Source: a virus. Taken from it: a stretch of 64,000 nucleotides of DNA. Shown piece after piece: positions 9,284 to 19,280 of this stretch. The stretch covers positions 32,001 to 96,000 of the IMG/VR virus record IMGVR_UViG_3300042691_013609; one strand, written 5' to 3'. Position 1 is the stretch's first letter, and each line of letters begins with the position of its first letter. Below the pieces are notes generated by a model. That model saw only the letters and a program-made list of their open reading frames with translations, was not told the origin of the DNA and did not search any database. The translations under genes and the position numbers were made by a program.

Positions 9284-11146
9284 TTAGTGCACTGCGGAAT
9301 AACTATCTCCAACTTTTGGGTCAACTGCCATAGTGACATTTAACTTCAACTTTTCGTTAGCCAAAGCCACAGCTTTTTTAAAAATTTTAAATGTTTCCTG
9401 CTCCTTATCTGCCGGAGCGTAGCATAAAATCTCATCATGCATTTGAAGTCTTATTTTAAGTCCAAGTAACCTACAGTACATAATAAAGACATCCATAAAG
9501 TAAGTGGATAAATTTTGGTTCAAAGCACTAAACCTATCCTTGTCATTTCTTAACTCTAACCAAAAGCCAGATACTGGACTTTTAATCCATGAGCATTCAA
9601 AGGCATCCTTAACCTCTGAATTATTTTCTACTTCCAATACCGCCCAGTTCCTTTCCCAATAGGCTTTAATAAAGCCCTTACATGTGTATTCAGGGAATCC
9701 TGTATTTCTTGATAGCGTAGTGGCCCCGCACTTATAAAGAACTGAGAAGTTAATTACTTTGGCAACCTTTCGTTGCTTGCCATGATCCTCCTCTCCTTTT
9801 TTGTGTGCAGCAGCTTGCTCTTGAGTGAGTAGGCTAGTCCTTACTGCCATATCTAAGTGGGCATCAAAGTCTGGCGAACTCATCTCTTCTACGTACTTAG
9901 GGTCATAAGGTTTTATGAAATGATCCCTTGTCTTTGCCTCTGAGGAAACTACGTCAACCCCAAAAACTACATGGTCATCAGGTGCTATAAATAACCCCCT
10001 AATTTCTTTACCCCATGGTTTGTCCACGCCTGGAAGATTTACAACCTTACCATGCTTCATTCTATGTGTGCTAGTTAGCCCAACTAATTCTTGGGACAGC
10101 CATCCATTTTTTGAATCTCTAAGGAAACCTTCTACTTGTGCTATCCTATGATTTAAAACACCTAATCCTTCAAGTTCTGAAATCTCTGGGTGTTTTTCGG
10201 ATAGAACTAAAACAGAATTGCATAACTCTTTATTGTCTTTAATAATTTGAGGTATCTGTTTTATAGTGCCAGTTTCTTTATTCCTTACAAATTTGTGGGT
10301 GGCCGGCTGCCATCCTAAATTAGTTAACCAATCTTTTATCTGTGTGGTGGATGATGGATTAGGTTCTTTATAAGATTTAATGTAAACTACAGGTCCGTTT
10401 GTTTCTTCAGGTAGTTTAGCCCTTCTTAAAAAATCATACCAATCTTTTCCGGAAGCCGATAAAGAACCATCTTTTTTGTAAAGAATTTTTGGTTTAATTT
10501 TATTAGCCAAGATCTTTACTTTTGGCATGACTTGTTTTAGTTTCTCTAATTTCTCATCCCTCTTCACACACATATCTACAAGTATATCCTGGGCTTTGTT
10601 TATATCAATCCTACAAGGATTCATTATCTGCTCAAAAGCACAGGATGCTTTGAATGACATATATTTTAGAAGATCGCCCAATGATTTCTCATCCCCATCG
10701 TATAAAACTTCAAGACGTGATTTGATGCGCATGTAAAGATTTGAATTTATCTTTACGTCTGTCTCACATCTGTTAGTGTATTCTTCTCTACTTAAATTAC
10801 TCCAATCACTTATCTTAACTTTCTCAACCCCAAAGTCTACACCGAAAGATTCCAAAGAATATTCATTTCTTTTCGGGAAAATATAATGAGATAAAAAAAG
10901 AGTGTCATAAAAAGGAAAGTCGATTTCAACACCGACTATCCTTTCAAGAACAGCTAAGTCATAATTACTGATAAAGTGGCCGATAAATATAGCATCAGTC
11001 TGTTTAAAGAAGTTTACTATATCAGAATACTCATACAACGATCTTACCTTCCATTCACCGACTATAGTGTAACTTAAACAGTGAACTTTTGTTACATCAT
11101 TTAAAAGAGCATCAGCCTCTATGTCGAATATTATTTCTTTAGCCAT
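9284..11146 (-). CDS. polA: DNA polymerase family A with 3'-5' exonuclease domain
   Basis: ExoI FDIEAD, ExoII GHFISNYD, motif A GVDVVSSE, motif B RKVAKVINFSVLY, motif C QMHDE. Confidence 0.93.
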   Translation of the reverse strand: MAKEIIFDIEADALLNDVTKVHCLSYTIVGEWKVRSLYEYSDIVNFFKQTDAIFIGHFISNYDLAVLERIVGVEIDFPFYDTLFLSHYIFPKRNEYSLESFGVDFGVEKVKISDWSNLSREEYTNRCETDVKINSNLYMRIKSRLEVLYDGDEKSLGDLLKYMSFKASCAFEQIMNPCRIDINKAQDILVDMCVKRDEKLEKLKQVMPKVKILANKIKPKILYKKDGSLSASGKDWYDFLRRAKLPEETNGPVVYIKSYKEPNPSSTTQIKDWLTNLGWQPATHKFVRNKETGTIKQIPQIIKDNKELCNSVLVLSEKHPEISELEGLGVLNHRIAQVEGFLRDSKNGWLSQELVGLTSTHRMKHGKVVNLPGVDKPWGKEIRGLFIAPDDHVVFGVDVVSSEAKTRDHFIKPYDPKYVEEMSSPDFDAHLDMAVRTSLLTQEQAAAHKKGEEDHGKQRKVAKVINFSVLYKCGATTLSRNTGFPEYTCKGFIKAYWERNWAVLEVENNSEVKDAFECSWIKSPVSGFWLELRNDKDRFSALNQNLSTYFMDVFIMYCRLLGLKIRLQMHDEILCYAPADKEQETFKIFKKAVALANEKLKLNVTMAVDPKVGDSYSAVH

Positions 11147-11153
11147 AATTTAG

Positions 11154-11783
11154 TTAATCTACGATAGCATAATCGATAAGCATCTCAGCTATTGTAAGAA
11201 CATCATTGACTGCACCTTCAGAATCGACTGACCCATCCGGCTTTACCCAACGGCCCTTTGGGGAGGCTATAGAGAGTATTTCTATAGCAGCCTTAATCGA
11301 ACTCTGTCTAACAATAGAAAGTTGCCTACGTTCGTCCGGAGAGTACTGTACGACCTTATTTAGCCCTACAAAGAAAGTACCTTTACCTTCAACTTCTTTT
11401 GTGTCCGAATACTGGATTAGAGTGCCGGGCTTTAAAGAAGATAAATTCTTTCTAGAATCAGAGAAGTGAAAGCCTACTACTTCGTCTTCAGTCTCTACCT
11501 CCATGTAGAAAGTATTATTATTTCCTACCGATATAGATCCAACTCTTTTAATTTTTGTGGTAACCATGTCTTTAATTTTTGTTAATCCGTTAATTTTTTC
11601 TCGACCAGCAAATACTTTGGTATCAATGTATCTTACTTTACTTCCTTTTGTAAAGGAGGAGAGGGCCTCCCTGTCATTTGGGTAATACCCTCTCGTTCCA
11701 TCTTCTAACTCTAAATCAACGTAAGCATAACCGTGATCATCGGTTTTTATTTTACTTACTTTTTTGATTTTGGTTTCCTTCAT
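11154..11783 (-). CDS. Putative ssDNA-binding/annealing protein with tandem duplicated beta-domain
   Basis: Two similar ~70-aa repeats followed by RQLSIVRQSSIKAA; lies between SSB and PolA. Confidence 0.5.
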   Translation of the reverse strand: MKETKIKKVSKIKTDDHGYAYVDLELEDGTRGYYPNDREALSSFTKGSKVRYIDTKVFAGREKINGLTKIKDMVTTKIKRVGSISVGNNNTFYMEVETEDEVVGFHFSDSRKNLSSLKPGTLIQYSDTKEVEGKGTFFVGLNKVVQYSPDERRQLSIVRQSSIKAAIEILSIASPKGRWVKPDGSVDSEGAVNDVLTIAEMLIDYAIVD

Positions 11784-11784
11784 C

Positions 11785-12453
11785 TTAGAAAGGTAAATCT
11801 CCGTCTAAGAATTCATCAGAAGGAATAAAGTCTTCAACTGTCTTTTCTGGTCTTGGAGCAGTTGCCTTTTTGAGTTTTCTCTCGTTGAAGATATTGTTAA
11901 CAACACCTTCAAAGAATTTAAGTTGGTCTGTGTCATCGTAGACTTTCTCTCCTTTGACTACCAACTCTTTTAACTCAGGTCTGCCTTGTGGGTTATCTTT
12001 AGAGTATTTAAACCTAACCCACTCCCAAGAACCATTGTCATCTTTGTGATGCATCCAAATGGCAGTATTCTTTACAGTCTTACCATTCTTCTCCTCTTCC
12101 TTATAAGAACAAGAGATACGGATAGGTCTATCCAAGTTTACATTCTCTACTTGATTCAAGAAGCTTTTAGAATAGCCGGATGAATACTTAAAAGTAATGA
12201 TGTAAACTTCGTCTCCATCTGTTACTTTAACTACCCATCTTTTTCCGTAATCACTGTCTTCAGAATAGACATCACTCAAAAACCCTTCAACGTGATCGAA
12301 CTCTTTAACGTACTTGGTTACCTTCTTTCCGTCTGAAGTCTCCACGTTTCTTTCAATAAATCCTTCGCGCTTTTCTTTAACGCCCCACTCAAATTTCCCG
12401 TTCACGGGCTTTAACCAATAGGTCTTACTTTCTGATCTGTTACCTAGTGCCAT
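11785..12453 (-). CDS. ssb: Single-stranded DNA-binding protein
   Basis: Beta-rich core with acidic tail ending DGDLPF; replication-module context. Confidence 0.7.
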   Translation of the reverse strand: MALGNRSESKTYWLKPVNGKFEWGVKEKREGFIERNVETSDGKKVTKYVKEFDHVEGFLSDVYSEDSDYGKRWVVKVTDGDEVYIITFKYSSGYSKSFLNQVENVNLDRPIRISCSYKEEEKNGKTVKNTAIWMHHKDDNGSWEWVRFKYSKDNPQGRPELKELVVKGEKVYDDTDQLKFFEGVVNNIFNERKLKKATAPRPEKTVEDFIPSDEFLDGDLPF

Positions 12454-12479
12454 AATAATTGAAATTTTAATTAATGATA

Positions 12480-12487
12480 CAAATATA
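12480..12487 (-). promoter_or_regulatory. Bacteroidota-type -7 promoter element (TATATTTG) upstream of ssb
   Basis: Matches TAnnTTTG in an AT-rich intergenic gap. Confidence 0.7.
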
Positions 12488-12524
12488 AGGATAATAAATA
12501 AACAAAAACTATATTAACAAAAAT

Positions 12525-13556
12525 TTAACTATCGAAATCAATAACGACAATCTTCTCTTCATTGAACACAGGCTTTTGTTTAGTTGTATTTTGTGACAAA
12601 GATTCTTTAGGTCTTTGGTCCTCTTCTATTACTTTAATAAATAAATCTTTTGTGCCGAAGCCATCAGCGAATCTGTTCTTTAGTATTTCAATAAAGACCC
12701 GGCCATAAGTTAAAAAAGAAACCTTAGTACCAGACTTATTAAAATCTCCATAATGTTCAGCAAGATGATCGTAGTAATAAGGAGATACAAGTCTGTATTG
12801 TTCTACACCTAATTTATAAGGTGTTGATAGACAAGCAACTACGTCACTAACCTGGAACAAAGCATCTGATTGATACAAATCATTTCTTCTTGATTTCATA
12901 TCTTCACTCTTGTCGGAAACTCGTGACAAAGATTCACGGTTAAACTGGGATACATTTAAAAAGAATGTATTTGGATATGCTTTCTTTAGAAAATTTTGAT
13001 GCTCAAAGATACCATCCATAACTTTCTTTTTATCCGATCCTTTTGCTAGAGCAACGTGATCGAAATCAATACCTATTAGATCTTTATCTTTAAACTTAAT
13101 ACAGAATGCTTCTATTGATTCTAGAAAATCATCCGCAGTCATAGGTTCTTCATTAAGGTAGAACCTATCATCTGTTTTATATTTTAAATAATCCCTTACA
13201 CTTTGCTTTTCTTCAGCTGTGAAGTGGTTCAACATTATATCTTTTTTAGACTTGCATAAATGAGATGATAAGTTCCTAAGAGTAGTCATAAGATTAGTCA
13301 TCTCCAATGAATTACTTAACCAAACAAAATTGTCCGCCTTCGAGTTATATTCAATGGACATGATATTAGATTTTATATCTTCCATCAGAATAGTCTTACC
13401 GGTAAAAGAAGCCCCAGCTAAAGTAACAATACTTCCTGGGGTTAATCCATCTAAAAATTCATGGCCACTATTTATAATAAGTTTGCGCCTATCTTGGTAA
13501 GACTTTATCTCTTGCAAGGACTCTACGGCTGCATGCCTGTATGGTCTTATATTCAT
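12525..13556 (-). CDS. DnaB-like (SF4) replicative helicase
   Basis: Walker A GASFTGKT, SLEM, IDFDHV, SQFNR, DLYQSD, ILKNR motifs. Confidence 0.88.
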   Translation of the reverse strand: MNIRPYRHAAVESLQEIKSYQDRRKLIINSGHEFLDGLTPGSIVTLAGASFTGKTILMEDIKSNIMSIEYNSKADNFVWLSNSLEMTNLMTTLRNLSSHLCKSKKDIMLNHFTAEEKQSVRDYLKYKTDDRFYLNEEPMTADDFLESIEAFCIKFKDKDLIGIDFDHVALAKGSDKKKVMDGIFEHQNFLKKAYPNTFFLNVSQFNRESLSRVSDKSEDMKSRRNDLYQSDALFQVSDVVACLSTPYKLGVEQYRLVSPYYYDHLAEHYGDFNKSGTKVSFLTYGRVFIEILKNRFADGFGTKDLFIKVIEEDQRPKESLSQNTTKQKPVFNEEKIVVIDFDS

Positions 13557-13557
13557 T

Positions 13558-13932
13558 TTATTTATTTTTAAAATACTTTATAAAAATGTGTGCGGATTTG
13601 TAATTGGTTGCTAAAGGGACTTCATGCACATCGCATAACCTCATAAGCATACTAACGTCTACTTCGTGAGGATGTTTATCAAGTGGGTCTCTAAAAAATA
13701 TTACTGCATCAATTTCTTTCCTGGAAACCATTGCGCCAATCTCTGCATCCCCACCCCTTGGACCACTATTTACACACTCAACCTTCTCCACCCCAGCCCT
13801 CTCTACCATCAACCCTGTCGTACCCGTAGCCACAATCTCTACATCTTCGCGGGTAAAAAAATCTAACCTCTTTAATACAAAAGAAACTAATTCGTGCTTC
13901 TTCCCATCATGTGCTATAAGTGCAATTCGCAT
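13558..13932 (-). CDS. mgsA: Methylglyoxal synthase
   Basis: IALIAHDGKK, ATGTTG, SGPRGGDAEIG, FFRDP..HPHEVDV, PLATN: full MgsA signature set. Confidence 0.95.
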   Translation of the reverse strand: MRIALIAHDGKKHELVSFVLKRLDFFTREDVEIVATGTTGLMVERAGVEKVECVNSGPRGGDAEIGAMVSRKEIDAVIFFRDPLDKHPHEVDVSMLMRLCDVHEVPLATNYKSAHIFIKYFKNK

Positions 13933-13944
13933 ATTTTGTTTATT

Positions 13945-14886
13945 TTAAGATCCGGTGTATATAAATAAAGGTGTCTGCTCCCCAACGTAACAACAGAATG
14001 TATTAAAATATAAAAACTCACTAGCTTCTTCATCTGTCATTTCACCATCTACAGAACATATACTTATCATTTTTTCTATAGAATAAACTAACTGACCGTC
14101 TTGCGAAAGACCAACTATTGCGTTATCGTATCCGTTTACATCACCGTTAAACCCATGTGGTTTTAAAGCAGCTACTTCTTCTGCCATTTTAAGTATAAGC
14201 TCTAAGTCTATCTCTATGTTGCTCATTCTTTTTAATTTTTTAAATCTTCAACACAATCAGTGCAACGCAAGCCCCACATAAGTAAGAACATTGCAACCTG
14301 AGTTTGAAGTGCTTTTCCACGAAGATACTTATACCTCTTCTTCATCTCTACCTCTAGCCACCCTCTAAACTCTTGTTCTTTTTCTTTGGTAGTAGTAAAA
14401 CGTCTAAACCATTCTTCTCCAAACGGCATTGCATCTTCTGCTTCTTTGTTAGCTATAAGAATATCGTAATTAATATCTGTATACCCGTTAATCTCAAATT
14501 GCTTATTGATTATTCTTGCTAAAAATTCTTCGTCTGATTCTTTCTTATTTCTCATCTTTACTATTTGAAGTTTCAAAACAAATTTCTTTTCGGATGCTTT
14601 CTAAGAATGCCCAAAGACTCTCATGGCTATCACAAATTATATTCCCACACCCATCGAAAGCTTCGTATCCTTTTTGTCCAAAGTCATTATGATAACAAAA
14701 CCAATCAAACATTTCTAATCCATGTTTTCCGTATATTTCCTCTATTAATGTAGATATAATTTTATGATATAGATCAACGAACTCAATAAGATCAACATTA
14801 AGTTTGTACAATTCAGAAATTACTCTTCCTTCTTTTTGTAAGGATAAGGTAACTTTTAAAAAATTTTCATAGGTCATAAGTTCCAA
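13945..14886 (-). other. Three small hypothetical CDSs (13945-14226, 14232-14576, 14545-14886)
   Basis: ORF track; tightly packed and co-oriented. Confidence 0.6.
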
Positions 14887-15506
14887 GCATTTAAAGTGTG
14901 TTGAAAAGGATTTCCTTCTATATTTTTAACTAAATTAAGCATCTGTCTTGCTATCTCTTGTATTTCAACTTGCGCATGATCGTCCATCCGCTGGGTTAAA
15001 AAGTTATGAAACGATCTCATATTAAACATAACATCAGACTCTATCTGTGAGTTGTATGTCTTAAAGAATCTTGCTGACTCCTTTGCACGTTTTCTACCTA
15101 AGATAGGAGTGAGTTCTTCAAGACATTGATGATACCATTGGTTAGACATTTGAGTAAACCCTATCAAATGACGTTGTGCTTCTTGTGGCCAATCATCTGG
15201 GATGTAATACTTATCTTCTTTTAATTCTTTATAACGAGCCGACTCAGCATTAATTGATGAGATACGATGTTTCAACAAATGTATATGGCTAGCAATATCG
15301 CAGTTAACTAAAAAATGTACCATACCTTTCTCAAAAGGTGTTCCATGCGGTACAGGTTCTGCATTCCATAATTGTTCTATCAATGCAGGAATTCTTTCCC
15401 TTTTCTCAGGTGATAAATCTCTTGAGGTACTCGTCCACGCGCTGCAAGAAATTGCTTCGTCACCTCCGTACCATCCAATTAGTTTTACGCTATTATTCAT
15501 TGTCAT
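14874..15506 (-). CDS. thyX: Flavin-dependent thymidylate synthase
   Basis: HGTPFE, HLLKHR.SS.NAESARY (RHR-type motif variant), AKESAR, NMRSF, R...HAQ.EI. Confidence 0.92.
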   Translation of the reverse strand: MTMNNSVKLIGWYGGDEAISCSAWTSTSRDLSPEKRERIPALIEQLWNAEPVPHGTPFEKGMVHFLVNCDIASHIHLLKHRISSINAESARYKELKEDKYYIPDDWPQEAQRHLIGFTQMSNQWYHQCLEELTPILGRKRAKESARFFKTYNSQIESDVMFNMRSFHNFLTQRMDDHAQVEIQEIARQMLNLVKNIEGNPFQHTLNAWNL

Positions 15507-16255
15507 TATTTAATTGGTTCAATCGATGGAAAATTCTTTGGATTGGTTGTTGTACTCGATCCTTGCGTTATTTTATAATCCCCATATTTTGCGGGATTTG
15601 GAACCATTTTATTTGCCATTATGCAATTACATATTGTACAACCACACACTATGTGGAATGGTACTAAATCGTCTAATTTATTTATGTCCTTCATTTTTAA
15701 AATTTTAAATCTACTTTGTTGTCCACGCCTTATTTTACCCTCCCAAACATAAGGCCCATTCGCTCCTTCTTCTTCGTACATGTAAAGACTTGCTGTTCTT
15801 ATTGAAGGAAAAATCTTACCTGTTTGAGTGTCAAACACTTGTTGGCTACGAACCTCATTTGCTTTCTTAATCATATCATACCTGCGTTCAGGGTTGTTTT
15901 TATTCCACGCTCTTAGGTTATCTTCTCGTGTCAAATACTCTAAATTAGAGACGTGGTTATTTGTTTTACATTCGTCTATGTGGTTAACAGTCAACGAGTT
16001 ATCTCCTTTAATGAATGCTGAAGCAACAAGGCGGTGAACTTTAAAGCGCTTCATCTTTCCGTCTTTGTACAAGTTTACAAGGTGGTATCCGTATGCGTCT
16101 AAAATAGGCTTTAGGATTTTTTCTTTTACAACTTGATTACCTTTTAAACCGTGTGCTACAGAACGCTCGCAAGACTTAACTTGCCCACAATCTGACACCT
16201 GATAAAGGCCTTCGTATCCTAGTATATCCTTCCAAATTTCCATGTTGTTACTCAT
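15506..16255 (-). CDS. NUMOD4-HNH-NUMOD1-like homing endonuclease, fused to a small Cys-rich C-terminal ORF
   Basis: EIWKDI.GYEGLYQVS..G.VKS (NUMOD4); VHRLVA..VNHIDE.KTNN.V.NLE (HNH). Confidence 0.9.
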   Translation of the reverse strand: MSNNMEIWKDILGYEGLYQVSDCGQVKSCERSVAHGLKGNQVVKEKILKPILDAYGYHLVNLYKDGKMKRFKVHRLVASAFIKGDNSLTVNHIDECKTNNHVSNLEYLTREDNLRAWNKNNPERRYDMIKKANEVRSQQVFDTQTGKIFPSIRTASLYMYEEEGANGPYVWEGKIRRGQQSRFKILKMKDINKLDDLVPFHIVCGCTICNCIMANKMVPNPAKYGDYKITQGSSTTTNPKNFPSIEPIK

Positions 16256-16296
16256 TACTAGTTGTTACTAACCTAAAATAATGCACATTAAATACA

Positions 16297-16662
16297 TTAC
16301 TCTCCATAATAATCTTTTAAAGACATCTCTACGAGCTTATCAAAGTATTCTTGGGTATACTTTTCTCTTACTTCTTTTAAATCCCTCTCAAGCCTTAGAT
16401 GGAATGAGTTTTCGCCATCGTCGCCAGATTCAAGATAATCAACTCTGTGCGCGTACACTTGTGCTACCTTAAGAGCTAACACAGCCTCTTGGAATTTCTG
16501 AATTTCCTTAGGGCTATAATTAGAATAAAGAATACCCTCTTCCTCCCAAGAGTGTCTATCCTCTTTTCTTTTAGGTTTTCCATTCTTAATAATAATACCT
16601 TCTATGGTATCTGCTATGTGACCAATCTTATATTGGTCGTAGCCGAAAAATCCTCCTGACAT
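16297..16662 (-). CDS. Conserved hypothetical phage protein (MSGG.F.Y..RVDYL.SGDDGE)
   Basis: ORF track; recognisable family pattern. Confidence 0.65.
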   Translation of the reverse strand: MSGGFFGYDQYKIGHIADTIEGIIIKNGKPKRKEDRHSWEEEGILYSNYSPKEIQKFQEAVLALKVAQVYAHRVDYLESGDDGENSFHLRLERDLKEVREKYTQEYFDKLVEMSLKDYYGE

Positions 16663-16778
16663 AATTTTAAAGTTTTAATTGTTAATTAAGAATTCAACTA
16701 TAATAATTACAAGTATTGCATTGAAAATAAACCCAATAATAAAGCCTTCCACAAAACTTTTATCGTTATCATCCATTT

Positions 16779-17354
16779 TTATTCTTCTTCTTCTTCTATT
16801 CTATGATATAAATTAACAATCTCACAATATGTAGGATAGGATGGCAATTCATTTCTCAAATCTGAGTTATTTATTTTTTCAAGCATAAACTTCTTCAACC
16901 CTTTTGTGTATACAAAATCCTCTATCATATCAGCTATTTCTTGCATTTGTTTATCGCCTGAAATAGTTATGCGGAGGTCATAATCATACCATTTAGTCTT
17001 CCAATCCCACATAAAAATACCCTTAGTAAGTTTTGTATGCAAATTATGAAGATACAAATTACGCATTCTTACAAGAGAATTGTCGCTACCAAATAGGTGC
17101 AACAATCTTAGGAACCATCTTGGACACCACCAAGGTTTAGCCTTGTAGTCCATAAATATAATAAGAGGTTCCATCATCTTAAACATATCTCCCTCTGATT
17201 TCCAAGGTATTGATCCTAAATATTGATACTTCTCGTAGAAATCTTTAGGAAAGAATACAGCCCTTAGGTGGTCTATAGTTATATCCTGGAATGTAACTAA
17301 ACCACCTTTGTGTTTGTAACCAGGGAATATTACCCAATACTTAAACTTTTTCAT
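16779..17354 (-). CDS. Hypothetical protein
   Basis: 191-aa ORF, co-oriented. Confidence 0.6.
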   Translation of the reverse strand: MKKFKYWVIFPGYKHKGGLVTFQDITIDHLRAVFFPKDFYEKYQYLGSIPWKSEGDMFKMMEPLIIFMDYKAKPWWCPRWFLRLLHLFGSDNSLVRMRNLYLHNLHTKLTKGIFMWDWKTKWYDYDLRITISGDKQMQEIADMIEDFVYTKGLKKFMLEKINNSDLRNELPSYPTYCEIVNLYHRIEEEEE

Positions 17355-18061
17355 ATTGAATCTTTTAGAAATAAAGGAGAATTGTTGTTTCTCAAATCCT
17401 GTATATGCATCAAGGCTTTAGAGAATGAAATATATCTAGCTTCATCGTATGTATCTATGGAGTCTCCCCTATTAGTAGCTAACTCTATATAGGGGTCTTC
17501 TGAAGTATAAAGCATTTTGTTTTCATCGAAAAACATTACAACATAATAATATGTTGACGGCATAATACTATCTAATTTCACAAGTAGATATATGTTGTAA
17601 TTTCTCTTTAACCAATTCTCTAAAAACAAATACTCCATATTTATTTCCCTGCTATCTAAAGAACACTTATCCAATTCTTTAGCTGATATAGGATAATTCA
17701 TTTTATAACCTAACTCACAGGCTCTCTCAAATAAGCCACGACATTTTTTACTTGAAGCAGGATTGTTTCCAGTCACAATAGAAGTCTTTCGACCTACGTG
17801 TAAATCTTTATCTACTTCTTTTTTTACCGGAACTTGGTCTTGAAGTTTGCTTTCCCCATCTTTTCTTATTCTACTCATTGCCGCTTCACAATATAAAGCA
17901 AAATCCATAGCTTCGGCCTGTGCCTCTTTTAACCAATCTATTAGATTGTAATCATCCCTTTCAAGAGTAGTACCATATTTTTCTAACCCAACTATGGATC
18001 TATCTGTAATTTTCCTAATTACGCTGCGGACATGGCGGTCATAAACAAATTCTTCGTGCAT
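17351..18061 (-). CDS. Putative all-alpha NTP-pyrophosphatase-like domain (R..VG..KYGTTL.R..WL..AQ.E..D..LY) fused to an unknown domain
   Basis: Motif at the N-terminus. Start moved to ATG 18061 because a TATCTTTG promoter element sits at 18080-18087. Confidence 0.55.
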   Translation of the reverse strand: MHEEFVYDRHVRSVIRKITDRSIVGLEKYGTTLERDDYNLIDWLKEAQAEAMDFALYCEAAMSRIRKDGESKLQDQVPVKKEVDKDLHVGRKTSIVTGNNPASSKKCRGLFERACELGYKMNYPISAKELDKCSLDSREINMEYLFLENWLKRNYNIYLLVKLDSIMPSTYYYVVMFFDENKMLYTSEDPYIELATNRGDSIDTYDEARYISFSKALMHIQDLRNNNSPLFLKDSI

Positions 18062-18112
18062 AATATTTATTATTTTTTGCAAAGATAATTATTATTTATT
18101 AATTTTCAATAG

Positions 18113-18822
18113 TTACTCGTAAAAATTTGCATCATCTTCCATCATCTGAGTAAGGATTTCCTTTTGTTCTACCTTATCTGGAAATACTTTCTCTTCTCTA
18201 ACAAATTCAAATTCAGAGTAAGACTCTTTCTGATCTTTAAAGTAATAGTCCAAAAGAATATACAACTCCCACACAGCAGCGTAATCTAATTTAATTTTGC
18301 CGAAGTTAAAGTCATCATTAAAATGTTTTACATTAACCCCATTTCCAGTATCAACTAACCTCATCAACTTTTGGCCTTTAAGACTATCTACCCATTCAGA
18401 ATCTTTTCCATAAAACATTGTCCAAATGTCTTTATCCATGCCCTTAACACTTCTCTCTATTTCGTAATTTCCATAATTATTTTCTAAGATTTTTACTTTT
18501 ACTTTATTACTCATATTTTTTCAATTTTGTACAATGAATTTTTTGTTTTAAAAATAATATACTCATCGGTTTGTTCTACAATCTGAGTGACCCCAGTAGT
18601 TTGCCACGTGAACAAGGCTCCAAATTGTGGATCTAACACCAAGCTCCTGCCAAAATCAGGCTCATCAAAGGCTTCCTTAAATGTTCCATTTTCATTGAAC
18701 TCAATCCATTTAATCTTCTCAGCTGTTTTTAGAAAGGAAGGATCATTTGGCTTCGTAAGATTATAATTAACCTCTCCTTGTATTATGTCCATTAGTAGGA
18801 CGGGTCTTTTAATCTTGCTCAT
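18113..18822 (-). other. Two hypothetical CDSs (18113-18514, 18511-18822)
   Basis: ORF track; overlapping stop and start. Confidence 0.6.
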
Positions 18823-18861
18823 TATTTTCCAAATCTTTTACCGATTATTTTTTGAAAAAAT

Positions 18862-18990
18862 GCTCCTTATTCTCTTACCCTTTTATTTCGGAGCTGACCT
18901 GCTTATCCACATTCTTATAACTTCTCGTGTCCAAATGATTATGGACCGTTGTGTCTTTGAATTGATACGAGTTTCTCAAGGGTACAGGCC
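18862..18990 (-). ncRNA. Candidate pseudoknotted structured RNA
   Basis: Minus-strand stems GGCCTG/CAGGTC, CTCGT/ACGAG, GTCCA/TGGAC and GCTCC/GGAGC, plus a TACCCTT/AAGGGTA cross-pairing; no credible minus-strand ORF. Confidence 0.5.
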
Positions 18991-19280
18991 AAAATATTGC
19001 AAATTGCAATATACAATAATATTGTCAATACAGATACTCCACCTACGTTTAAGGCTGGCTTGTGGGGCGAGGACTACCTACGGCTCTTTTATCTGTATTT
19101 ATTTTTAATAAGTTCCTCCGACAGTTCTTGGAAGACTTTTTACAACTTTTTGAACCTCTTCTGAATTCAATTTAATTGTAACCCCGTCTTTTGTTATAAA
19201 CATTTCTAAACCTTCAGCCCAGTGCGAATAAGATTTAGTTGAATTGTTACATGATGTTATTGTAAATACAGAAAATTCAC

